From a virus: DNA of 64,000 nt. The DNA is taken from positions 49,374 through 113,373 of IMG/VR virus record IMGVR_UViG_3300030102_006903. One strand, written 5' to 3'. The position numbers were made by a program, and so were the translations under genes. The stretch's first letter is position 1. Each line of letters starts with the position of its first letter. Below are positions 1 to 8,605 of the stretch, in pieces. The notes beneath the pieces were generated by a model. That model saw nothing but the letters and a program-made list of their open reading frames with translations, did no database searches and was not told the origin of the DNA.

Positions 1-564
1 AACATATAAGAAATTAAAATCTGTTTCAACTGAATCTAAAATTGAACTTGAAGATTTTCCATTGAAAATAGTAGTATCAACTCCTTCAAATAAAACTTCA
101 ATTGGTTTTTCAACTTTTATTTCACCTACTTGTTTTTGTGTTCTTTTATCAACTTGTGTATATTTAGTTTTTTCTAACACATCTTTTGTAAATTTAGATG
201 GAGTTATAATTAAATCCATTTGATTAGAACCTTGAATAAAATCTTGTGGTGCAAGAGTCGTTTCAACCCCAGCAGTGATACCAATATTATACTTTCCAAC
301 TCTTCTAAATTCATTGGCAACTGATACTTGGATGAAAACATCAATTTGTTTATCTACCTTCGTAACAATATTTTGTAATATTTTTTGACCAAATTCAGTT
401 TGTGGATTGATTTGGTCTTGTGGAGTGTTTCCCCATCTCGTTGGTACTATTTTTATATCAAATTTATCTAATTCGAATAATGATTTCAAGATATCTCTTG
501 AATGGTCACCATAACCACTTCTTGTTGCTATTGGTGCCTGAAATATTAATAATGGTTTATTCAT
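1..564 (-). CDS. GT-B (GT4-like) glycosyltransferase, N-terminal part (runs off the window; not in the ORF track)
   Basis: Manual translation from the ATG at 564: MNKPLLIFQAPIATRSGYGDHSRDILKSL...IGITAGVETT...LIITPSKFTK...VLFEGVD, open to base 1. The SGYG N-terminal motif is typical of phage GT4-like proteins. Confidence 0.8.
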   Translation of the reverse strand, partial: MNKPLLIFQAPIATRSGYGDHSRDILKSLFELDKFDIKIVPTRWGNTPQDQINPQTEFGQKILQNIVTKVDKQIDVFIQVSVANEFRRVGKYNIGITAGVETTLAPQDFIQGSNQMDLIITPSKFTKDVLEKTKYTQVDKRTQKQVGEIKVEKPIEVLFEGVDTTIFNGKSSSSILDSVETDFNFLYV

Positions 565-835
565 TTTCTAATTCTCTTATTCTGTTTTCTTCTTCTTGTC
601 TTAAACATCTATCAATTGATATCTGAGTAAGTTTTGTAATTTCTTCTAAAGTTTCAGGTTCATGTGGTGAATTGTAACATTCGAACCTTGTTGTTTCAAT
701 TTCATTATCTTGTAAAACAATTAAATGATAATCTTCATTTAGTTCTTTTCTATCATATAATGCCTTTCGAGATGCTTGAACTTGTTTATTTGTCCAATAA
801 CCAGGAAACCTTACAATAAAAATTGGTTTACTCAT
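557..835 (-). CDS. hypothetical protein
   Basis: 92 aa ORF overlapping both neighbours (translational coupling). Confidence 0.75.
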   Translation of the reverse strand: MSKPIFIVRFPGYWTNKQVQASRKALYDRKELNEDYHLIVLQDNEIETTRFECYNSPHEPETLEEITKLTQISIDRCLRQEEENRIRELENE

Positions 836-2229
836 TACTTCAGTTTATATACATTAAACTTTTGTTTTGGTTTCCAATTTTTTATTGCCTTTTCTATTCC
901 ATCTGCCATGCACTTGTTTTGGTATTTAGCATTCAATCCCATCTCACCTAAGAATTCTTTTCTACCTTTCTTTCCTGCCTTATCTCTTTCTTGAGGTGTT
1001 TTATCATACCAATACTTAATTGCATCTGCGACTTCATGTACATCTACCTTATCATCGATAATGTAAGGTGTTGGTATAGAACCAACCATAGTTTGAACTC
1101 TTGGCCATACTGGTTTTACCCACTCACCATGAGTTACTTTATCTTCCCATTCTCTGTAATTATGAAGTGAACCGATTTGTTTATAATCATCTGCAGTAAA
1201 GTATTTTCCATTGGATTTCTTTTTGAATCCACATTGGTCTTGCATACCACCAGTCACATTAACGATTATTGGTGTTTCTGCCATAACTGATTCAGCAGTT
1301 ACTAAACCAAAACCTTCATTACCTGCGATATTAATTGTACAATCTGCAATGTTATAAATGTAATTAAGTTCTTTTTGTGATATTCTTTCAGTTGAAAACT
1401 TTATATCACACTCAGGTGCAATTTTTTCTGCTACTTTAAATAGGTTTGTACCATTAGGGTCTTTTGGTGCAGTATGCATAATTAAACAAACCTTATCTTT
1501 ATCTTCTTTTGGTAGAGTATCAACAAACTTTTTAAACGCCCATATTACATCTGATGGTTGTTTTCTTTTGATGTTTCTGTTCATCCAAAATAAAATAAAT
1601 TTATAATCTTTACCTGTGGTTACTTTATCATGAAAATCTTTAGGTACTTCAACTTTTTTGTATGTTTCAGAATTGATACCATGTGGTACATAATCTACCT
1701 GCCAATCTTCAAGTGGTTTGATTGTATTAGAATCAATCTTACCAACTCTACTTACAATACCATAAGTTTGTCTTGAAATACATCCTAACCAATCACAACT
1801 TTCGTAGTAATCTCTATTGTAATCGGGGTCTGGTAAATCATCCCATATATGATAAAACAGAATAGGAATATTTTGTCTTATTTCTGATTCCATTTCATAC
1901 AACCACTTCCAATATCTAGGGTCTGTAAAGTGTAGAATTGCATCTGGTTGATGTCTCATAATTAGTTCTCTTAGAATATTAGCATCACCATAACCAGTCC
2001 AAGGAATGATTTTTAGAGAGGCATCTTCAATGCCAGTTTCTTTTCTGACATCAGCTCCTAAATCAATTTCTTTACCTTTTTCTGGATGATTAACTGCTGC
2101 TCCTAATTGTACCCAATGAAATTTATCCAAAGTACCTAATACGAATTCTTTGGAAACAGTTGCTATACCTGATGACATTCTCAGGTCATCTGATAATAGA
2201 AGAATCTTCTTCTTTTTGTCTTTTGCCAT
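835..2229 (-). CDS. GT4-family glycosyltransferase
   Basis: SDD...SGIA N-terminus, RNIKRKQP, and the EGFGLVTAE (ExFG...E) motif. Confidence 0.9.
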   Translation of the reverse strand: MAKDKKKKILLLSDDLRMSSGIATVSKEFVLGTLDKFHWVQLGAAVNHPEKGKEIDLGADVRKETGIEDASLKIIPWTGYGDANILRELIMRHQPDAILHFTDPRYWKWLYEMESEIRQNIPILFYHIWDDLPDPDYNRDYYESCDWLGCISRQTYGIVSRVGKIDSNTIKPLEDWQVDYVPHGINSETYKKVEVPKDFHDKVTTGKDYKFILFWMNRNIKRKQPSDVIWAFKKFVDTLPKEDKDKVCLIMHTAPKDPNGTNLFKVAEKIAPECDIKFSTERISQKELNYIYNIADCTINIAGNEGFGLVTAESVMAETPIIVNVTGGMQDQCGFKKKSNGKYFTADDYKQIGSLHNYREWEDKVTHGEWVKPVWPRVQTMVGSIPTPYIIDDKVDVHEVADAIKYWYDKTPQERDKAGKKGRKEFLGEMGLNAKYQNKCMADGIEKAIKNWKPKQKFNVYKLK

Positions 2230-2239
2230 TAACCTTTAT

Positions 2240-2380
2240 TTAAATTGTTCTAAATCTTCTTCGGTTATTCAACTGTACTCTCATCGTGTTTCCGAGATAT
2301 TGTTTTGTTTTAACTCTATCGTTAAATTCTTCACGAGTTTGATTAAGTTGAGTATTACCGTTATCTTGTTGTTGTCTCAT
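2240..2380 (-). CDS. small hypothetical protein (46 aa; not in the ORF track)
   Basis: MRQQQDNGNTQLNQTREEFNDRVKTKQYLGNTMRVQLNNRRRFRTI* fills the intergenic gap exactly. Confidence 0.55.
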   Translation of the reverse strand: MRQQQDNGNTQLNQTREEFNDRVKTKQYLGNTMRVQLNNRRRFRTI

Positions 2381-2382
2381 GC

Positions 2383-2577
2383 TTAAAATTGTGAACCACT
2401 AACTTGTAGGTTCTCGTAATTGTTAATTTCAGTTCTAAAATCTTCGTCCTCAATATACTTGTCAACTGAACGATTAACAAGTTTCTGAAGTGTGATATTG
2501 GAATCAAATGAAATCCTTTTAAATTTTGAGTAAATATCTTTAATGATTTTTACTGTTGTTAATTTTGTATCTGCCAT
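2383..2577 (-). CDS. small putative DNA-binding protein (ribbon-helix-helix-like)
   Basis: KLTTVKI strand followed by two helices; GGAG RBS and a late-type motif upstream. Confidence 0.6.
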   Translation of the reverse strand: MADTKLTTVKIIKDIYSKFKRISFDSNITLQKLVNRSVDKYIEDEDFRTEINNYENLQVSGSQF

Positions 2578-2641
2578 AACTCTCCAATTTGTTATTTTAT
2601 ATAAATATATATAAATTTATAAAAAGTACAAAAAATGTTAA

Positions 2642-3502
2642 TTAATTCCATGCAGAACAAAGACCTCTTTGTTTAAATTCGCACCAATCACAATGTCTAC
2701 CTTTTGTATGAGGAAATACTTCTTGTATAACATTTCCTCCTTCATCAAATACAGAATCAACAAATCCCATGAACCCATCCCATGCTCTTTTTACTGAAGG
2801 TTTACCATTTGCTGGTACAAACTTGGATATTCTTGGAATAGGAAATTCGTAATTTTCGTTTATCTTTCTTTTTAGGATTTGATATTCTACTTTAATTTTA
2901 TCTAAAGGTATATCGTATTTCTCAGAGTAAAACTTTTTATATAGTAACATCTGAGAAGTTTTTATTTTGTTTGCTTTTTGATATTTGTTCCAACCTCTTG
3001 TAGATGTTTTCAAATCTATGATAACATATTCTTGGGTGGTTTTATCTTTTAGTAATACATCAATAAACCCAACAAAATTTACACCTTCTTTAATTTTTGC
3101 GTTCAGAACTTGTTCTATTGCAACTAATTCAAAACCACTCTTGGTGTATAATTTATCTAATTTTTTTGTGAAGTATGATAATATTAGTTTACCATCTTGA
3201 AAGAATTCACCTAACTCTTCTTTTTTACATGGATACATTCCTTCATCCATCTTTTCTGATTCTTTCTTAAAATGTTCTACCATTTGATTGTACAACATTG
3301 TTTCTAAATCTAATTGCAGTGCCTGTTTCTTGGTTACATTATACATAACATCCAAAAAGTGTTGGATGGTTTCGTGCATTGCACTACCGAAAATTGTGTG
3401 GATATTTGCTGAAGAAGTTCCTAACTTATCAATATAATTTAGTTTATATTGTTCTTGACAAGTTGAGTACATTCCATATTGTGAGTAACTTACTCTCGCC
3501 AT
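2642..3502 (-). CDS. PD-(D/E)xK Cas4/RecB-like exonuclease
   Basis: SYSQ..C, FGSAMHE, GFID...IIDLKT, Q..LY, and a C-terminal CDWC...C Fe-S ligand set. Confidence 0.9.
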   Translation of the reverse strand: MARVSYSQYGMYSTCQEQYKLNYIDKLGTSSANIHTIFGSAMHETIQHFLDVMYNVTKKQALQLDLETMLYNQMVEHFKKESEKMDEGMYPCKKEELGEFFQDGKLILSYFTKKLDKLYTKSGFELVAIEQVLNAKIKEGVNFVGFIDVLLKDKTTQEYVIIDLKTSTRGWNKYQKANKIKTSQMLLYKKFYSEKYDIPLDKIKVEYQILKRKINENYEFPIPRISKFVPANGKPSVKRAWDGFMGFVDSVFDEGGNVIQEVFPHTKGRHCDWCEFKQRGLCSAWN

Positions 3503-3521
3503 AATACTTTTATTTACTATG

Positions 3522-3553
3522 TAAATATACGAAAAATAACTGAAAAATCCAAA
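3522..3553 (-). promoter_or_regulatory. Bacteroidota-type promoter, -7 variant TATATTTA
   Basis: TTTG-N20-TATATTTA upstream of the Cas4-like gene. Confidence 0.7.
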
Positions 3554-3555
3554 TT

Positions 3556-4812
3556 TTAGATGGACTTTTTTCCTTCTATTTTAACTGGTGATATATCTTC
3601 AAATTTACCACCATGTAACTCTTCAATTTTTCTTATATGTTTTGTTCTCCAATCAGTCGATACTGTCGATTCATCAAACTTTTCATAGGATTCCATATAA
3701 TCAATCATAGCATCAATTTCATTTTGTGTTTTTTGTGGATATTTCTTTTTACTTTTATTTAAGAAAATCTTTATTTTATCTTTTTCTACTTGAGATATTT
3801 CTGCTAATGAAAATTCTGCTGGAGACCAAGCATAATAAAAATCAATATGTTCTGAGGTTTTTATGTGTTCCTTTTTTAACATATATTCAATAAAATCAAA
3901 TATATGATAAACATTCATTATTGTTGTTGTATATTGAAACCCATACATTATACCCTGTCCAATCTCAAATGGGGTTTTTGGTTCAGCATATTTTTTTATT
4001 ATTTCTAAATTACTTTCAAATCTCTTAGTATTAAAACCAGTCCTTTGATATTCACCAACCTTTCCAATACCATCACATGAAATCGATAAGTAAACTCTTT
4101 CAAATCCCCTCCATAAATCGATTAAACTTTGTTCATCATATTTTATTACTGATAAGTTTGTATTATAATGTATTGATAATTTTCTAAGTTCTTTCGTTTC
4201 ACCTTTCCAAAACATGGTATGAATTTTCATATTTTCATGCAGATGTTTTAAAACTTTGAAATGTTCTGGCATTATAAGAGGTTCACCACCAGCAAAATAA
4301 AAACTTTTAATGTTACTTAAATGAGGGATTAAATCTTCAACAATCGTTTCACTTGCTCTAATTACTTTAGTTTTTTTATCTAAGTTATTAAATGGATGTA
4401 ATTTTTTATAATCCTCATACCAGTTTGAAGAAAAATCATGATTACACATTCTACATTTAAAATTACATAAATTAGAAAATCTTATATCGATATGTTGAAA
4501 ATCTGATGGTACTGAAAAATCATCTGCAACTTCTGGTTGTACCCATAAAGAGTTTTTATTGAAATCTATTCTTGGTGAGTGGCCTGTACTATCTTCTCGT
4601 TTGTAACAAATATCACAAGCCTTATTTCTTTTCCCCTCCAACATATCCTTTCTAAGGTTTTTCATTTGTGGAGAATTGAATGCGTTTTCAATACTCATCT
4701 TTTGCAGATTAAGTGCTTCATCAAAACCTCCTGCGATACAACAAGGTTTTACTTCACCATCCGCTTGTGAATACAAATGTAGAAAGGGTAATTTACAATA
4801 TGTGGAACTCAT
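3556..4812 (-). CDS. radical SAM protein with N-terminal twitch/SPASM-like domain
   Basis: CNFKCRMC, FAGGEP, YNTN; N-terminal C..PF.H...G.V.PCC...C..CY. Confidence 0.9.
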   Translation of the reverse strand: MSSTYCKLPFLHLYSQADGEVKPCCIAGGFDEALNLQKMSIENAFNSPQMKNLRKDMLEGKRNKACDICYKREDSTGHSPRIDFNKNSLWVQPEVADDFSVPSDFQHIDIRFSNLCNFKCRMCNHDFSSNWYEDYKKLHPFNNLDKKTKVIRASETIVEDLIPHLSNIKSFYFAGGEPLIMPEHFKVLKHLHENMKIHTMFWKGETKELRKLSIHYNTNLSVIKYDEQSLIDLWRGFERVYLSISCDGIGKVGEYQRTGFNTKRFESNLEIIKKYAEPKTPFEIGQGIMYGFQYTTTIMNVYHIFDFIEYMLKKEHIKTSEHIDFYYAWSPAEFSLAEISQVEKDKIKIFLNKSKKKYPQKTQNEIDAMIDYMESYEKFDESTVSTDWRTKHIRKIEELHGGKFEDISPVKIEGKKSI

Positions 4813-5258
4813 ACCTTTAATTTTAACTTTGTGATTTGCTTCTTTTCAACACCATACTTCTCACATAAATATTTAATATTTTCTCTTCCCTCTCGTGTTG
4901 CATAAAGAATTTCACAATAATCAAGTGCCTCAGAGGAAGAACATTGGAAATCTTGTTGAATTAACTCCAATAAGAAACTTTCATACTTAGTTTCTTTCTT
5001 TCCTTTAGTGTATTTTAAGTAATACCTTCCCTTAGGCAACAATCCAATTAAAAGTTGATATAGTTGTTTAGGTTCTAATGTTTGTGTAAATGGTTGGATT
5101 TCTGATATAGTTTCAATCCAATCTGAATTCATAGATAAGAAACGATGAATCATGTAGTTACTCCATGTTTTCTTATCACTTTCTTCAAGTTTATCCCAAT
5201 AATTGGGGTCTTGAAATTGTGTAACTGCTTTTATATGGTCAAATAATGTTTTAGCCAT
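4809..5258 (-). CDS. clamp loader small subunit (T4 gp62-like)
   Basis: LFDHIKAV...WSNYMIHRFLSM pattern; lies near the gp44-like gene. Confidence 0.7.
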   Translation of the reverse strand: MAKTLFDHIKAVTQFQDPNYWDKLEESDKKTWSNYMIHRFLSMNSDWIETISEIQPFTQTLEPKQLYQLLIGLLPKGRYYLKYTKGKKETKYESFLLELIQQDFQCSSSEALDYCEILYATREGRENIKYLCEKYGVEKKQITKLKLKV

Positions 5259-5517
5259 CTAAATCTGTAATTACAGGTTTTAATTCTTCTGGTAATAATT
5301 CCTTACAAATCTCACCACAATCACCACAGAGATATAACTCAACTGGTATGATTGCATCTTTTGCTTGACCTGTAACTAATCTTGATATTTTTAAAAATTT
5401 ATTTGCAGGAATAAATACTGACCCATTACATTCTTGACAAGTCATTTCCTTTGCATCTTTTAAATCTACTTTTGGTTGTTGAGGTGGTTGTCCTCCTCCT
5501 CCTAATATTTGTGCCAT
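5251..5517 (-). CDS. Zn-ribbon hypothetical protein
   Basis: CQEC...CGDC. Confidence 0.7.
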   Translation of the reverse strand: MAQILGGGGQPPQQPKVDLKDAKEMTCQECNGSVFIPANKFLKISRLVTGQAKDAIIPVELYLCGDCGEICKELLPEELKPVITDLDG

Positions 5518-5529
5518 ATTATTATTTGT

Positions 5530-5748
5530 TTAATCGAACCACTGGTCTCTATTCGTCTTTATTTTATGAATACCAGTCTTTCTAAGTGTATCTCTTTTCT
5601 TTTCTTTGAACTCTTGTACTTTTTTCTTAAAGTTTTTCTTTTTGAATGCCTCTACACCATCAAGATATTCTAAAAAAGAATCAAAATCTTCTTTTCCTAA
5701 CTTATCAAGTTGTTCATCAGTTAAAGGGTTTTTAGGGTCGTACTTCAT
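5530..5748 (-). CDS. hypothetical protein
   Basis: 72 aa ORF directly downstream of a promoter copy. Confidence 0.65.
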   Translation of the reverse strand: MKYDPKNPLTDEQLDKLGKEDFDSFLEYLDGVEAFKKKNFKKKVQEFKEKKRDTLRKTGIHKIKTNRDQWFD

Positions 5749-5766
5749 GTTTTATAATTTATATTA

Positions 5767-5798
5767 CAAATATAGTAAAAATATTTGAATTATCCAAA
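5767..5798 (-). promoter_or_regulatory. Bacteroidota-type -33/-7 promoter
   Basis: TTTG-N20-TATATTTG. Confidence 0.75.
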
Positions 5799-6098
5799 TA
5801 ATTTATCAAAAACTTTTTGAACTATTTCTTTTTCGTTTCCAAATTCTTTATGTACTTCTTTTCCATTTTTGAATGCAACCACCATTGGAATATTAGTTAA
5901 ATCAATCAAACTTCTACTCTGTGGAGATACATCTGGATTTATAAGTATAAAGGGAATATTTTTATGTTCTTTTGAAACTCTTTCATACTCTGGTTTTAAA
6001 ATATCACAATTACCACACCAATCAGTGCCAAACATTACCATTAGTTTAGGTTGTGTTCTCAATAAAACATCGAGTGAATCTGTTTCTAATTTTATCAT
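5790..6098 (-). CDS. thioredoxin-like protein
   Basis: WCGNC motif and cis-Pro IPMV. Start moved to the ATGA overlap at 6098. Confidence 0.85.
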   Translation of the reverse strand: MIKLETDSLDVLLRTQPKLMVMFGTDWCGNCDILKPEYERVSKEHKNIPFILINPDVSPQSRSLIDLTNIPMVVAFKNGKEVHKEFGNEKEIVQKVFDKLFG

Positions 6099-7042
6099 AA
6101 AATACCAACAATCTGAATTATACAACTCATGAAAGTAATTTCTTTATCTACAACTAATGCATCTTTATGTTGTGCCTCTGAAAGAATAAGAATAATATTA
6201 GAAGTATTACCACCACCATATTCATCTACTTTTTCGTAAAGGAAAGAATATAGTTCTGTAAAATCTTGTATTCTTGCATCTGCAACTGCCTGTCTAATAT
6301 CCTTCCATTTATTCTTTTTATCATTTTTAGATTTAAGAATTTCAACTACCTTTGATTTAATATCTGAATCAATTACAGAGGTTGTGTTAATCTTTAATTG
6401 TCCTTTGGTAGAATTTAATTGACAAGTATTAATAATCTTTCTAATATCAGGATATGAACTGTCAATGATAGGTACAAGGTCTGTTGGTTGGAAACTAACT
6501 CCTTCTTTACCCAAAATCTGTGAGATTTGTACCGCAACATCTTTTTTAGTTGGTGGTACGATTTGGAAAGTTTGACATCTACTTTGTATTGGGTCAATAA
6601 CTTTCTCAACATAATTACAAGTTAGGATAAATCTACAATGTTTTGAGAATGTTTCCATCAAGTTTCTAAGGATTGCTTGTGCATTTGGTGTCATGTAATC
6701 AAACTCATCTAAGATGATTACTTTCATATCCTTAAAACCAATCGTGGAAGCAAAACCTTTTACTTTATTTCTAACAGTATCTACATTATTCTCATCAGAT
6801 GCATTTATAATGATATAATCACAACTAATTGAATTAACAATTAATCTTGCTAAGGTTGTTTTACCTGTACCTGCCTTACCAAAAAATAAAAGGTGAGGTA
6901 CATCTCCACTTTGAAGATAATCACTTACCTTTTGTTTTAGATGTTCATTACCAACATATTCTGTTAGTTTACGAGGTCTATACTTCTCAACCCATAGTGA
7001 GTTGTTTACCTCTTTACTTGTTGTATCTTCAAAGAATGACAT
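6095..7042 (-). CDS. clamp loader AAA+ subunit (T4 gp44 / RFC small subunit-like)
   Basis: LWVEKYRP, GKAGTGKT, INASDE, IILDEFD and SRC motifs. Confidence 0.95.
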   Translation of the reverse strand: MSFFEDTTSKEVNNSLWVEKYRPRKLTEYVGNEHLKQKVSDYLQSGDVPHLLFFGKAGTGKTTLARLIVNSISCDYIIINASDENNVDTVRNKVKGFASTIGFKDMKVIILDEFDYMTPNAQAILRNLMETFSKHCRFILTCNYVEKVIDPIQSRCQTFQIVPPTKKDVAVQISQILGKEGVSFQPTDLVPIIDSSYPDIRKIINTCQLNSTKGQLKINTTSVIDSDIKSKVVEILKSKNDKKNKWKDIRQAVADARIQDFTELYSFLYEKVDEYGGGNTSNIILILSEAQHKDALVVDKEITFMSCIIQIVGIL

Positions 7043-7043
7043 A

Positions 7044-7256
7044 TTAAAATGAGGAGTTTTTAACTTCTTTACAGAAGTCTGATAATTTTTCTAATTTAGT
7101 TATGATAGATTGTTTTCTGTTTTCGTCAATTACACCAAGATTTAATTCTGATATAATATCATTTACTGATGATTGTACTATTAACAATCCATCTTCTTTT
7201 GAATTAAGAAAGTTTTCAGATACTCTGAACTTTCTTGCTATTTCTGTTAAATTCAT
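7044..7256 (-). CDS. hypothetical protein
   Basis: 70 aa ORF between a promoter copy and the clamp loader. Confidence 0.7.
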   Translation of the reverse strand: MNLTEIARKFRVSENFLNSKEDGLLIVQSSVNDIISELNLGVIDENRKQSIITKLEKLSDFCKEVKNSSF

Positions 7257-7279
7257 AATTTATATAATTTTAGTTGGTA

Positions 7280-7311
7280 CAAAGATACGAAATTTTTTTT
7301 TAATATCCAAG
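7280..7311 (-). promoter_or_regulatory. Bacteroidota-type -33/-7 promoter
   Basis: CTTG-N20-TATCTTTG upstream of the clamp loader operon. Confidence 0.7.
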
Positions 7312-7839
7312 TAATTTTAATATTTTTTTTACTGATTTTGGTCCTACTTTTATTGTATGATATGGAAATCCATTATCATCTAAAACTTGTTTACACAATT
7401 TATCAATTGCTACTGCTTGTTCGTAATCTTGAAATCTTTCTTTATTATTGTGAACAGTATCACCTCTTTCTAAAAGGATATTAATATTATCATATTGATT
7501 GTGTAAATCAATTACCAAATTGTGAAAAGGTTCTCTGTAAAAACTTGCAGGATAACCTTTTGTGTAATATCTGTGATAAATAGTAGAGAAAAGGATTGGT
7601 GAATCGATGATTATATAATCAACTTTACCATAACATTCTGCAATTCCTCTATGTTGATTTGCAAAAACATATAACTGGTCTGATATTGCTGGTATGTTTT
7701 TATCCCATGCTAATCTTTTTGGAAATTCGTATGGGTTATTACAACTTATATGTTGTTTTTTTAATTTATAAGTAACCCCATTTGCAATTGAGGATTTACC
7801 TATACCTGCTCCACCGAATAAATTAATCAGTTTGCTCAT
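7300..7839 (-). CDS. P-loop nucleotide kinase-like protein (AAA_28/NadR-type)
   Basis: INLFGGAGIGKS Walker A and IIIDSP. Confidence 0.8.
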   Translation of the reverse strand: MSKLINLFGGAGIGKSSIANGVTYKLKKQHISCNNPYEFPKRLAWDKNIPAISDQLYVFANQHRGIAECYGKVDYIIIDSPILFSTIYHRYYTKGYPASFYREPFHNLVIDLHNQYDNINILLERGDTVHNNKERFQDYEQAVAIDKLCKQVLDDNGFPYHTIKVGPKSVKKILKLLGY

Positions 7840-8554
7840 ACTCTCTCCAATATCCTAAATCTTTTTTAAACCATTTTATATTTTTGTAATTGAAATAATT
7901 GAATAAATTTATTTTTAAAAAATTTAAATATCCAAATTTCAAAAATCTTCTATTATCTTGTCCAATATATTCATTGAGTATTTTGAACCTTGATTTTGGT
8001 ACCTCTTTCGATAACCAAAAATCTTCTGAATTTTGTAAAGTTTCATCGAACCCACCGAGTTCATTAAATTTCTTTTTAGAAATTAAAAAGAAACAACCTG
8101 TACAAAATGTGATTGGCATTATATTTCTCATCCAATCTAATATCTTATAAGTCCAAATAGATTTTTTATCATGAGTAGTTAATGATTTTTGTTTTACTGA
8201 AATGATATCGTATCTATTTAAATTTTTATGTGCTTCATTTAAAACATTTCTACCTATAAGAACAGAATCAGCATCCATGAATAAAATGTAATCTGTTGAT
8301 ACAAATGTAGCACCATTATTTCTTGCAAAACCTACTTTACCACCTTGAACCACCTCTATTTGTAGATTAGAGAAATCCTCAGAGGCTTTTGATATATACT
8401 CAAGTGTTTTATCAGTAGAGTTATTATCTGCAATTACAACTCGTAATACACCTTGGAAGTTTTGTCTTGATATTTTCCAAAGAGTATTGTAGATGTAGTT
8501 TTCCTCGTTATAACAAGGAATTATTATTGTTAATAAATCAGTTATTGTTTTCAT
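7823..8554 (-). CDS. GT2-family glycosyltransferase
   Basis: IIIPCYNEE, ADNNSTD, ARNNG, FMDAD, GGFDE...ED. Start set at MKTITD (8554). Confidence 0.9.
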   Translation of the reverse strand: MKTITDLLTIIIPCYNEENYIYNTLWKISRQNFQGVLRVVIADNNSTDKTLEYISKASEDFSNLQIEVVQGGKVGFARNNGATFVSTDYILFMDADSVLIGRNVLNEAHKNLNRYDIISVKQKSLTTHDKKSIWTYKILDWMRNIMPITFCTGCFFLISKKKFNELGGFDETLQNSEDFWLSKEVPKSRFKILNEYIGQDNRRFLKFGYLNFLKINLFNYFNYKNIKWFKKDLGYWREYEQTD

Positions 8555-8556
8555 GT

Positions 8557-8586
8557 GAAAAGAAAGTGGGGGAGTTTCCTCCCCCA
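8557..8586 (-). terminator. intrinsic terminator after the TonB-dependent receptor gene
   Basis: TGGGGGAG-GAAA-CTCCCCCA followed by CTTTCTTTTC on the minus strand. Confidence 0.8.
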
Positions 8587-8605
8587 ATATTTCTTTAGGT
8601 TGTTT

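Noticed and set aside
2642-3502. CRISPR-Cas system suggested by the Cas4-like nuclease
   Set aside because: No repeat-spacer array or other cas genes were seen; stand-alone Cas4-like nucleases are common in phages.
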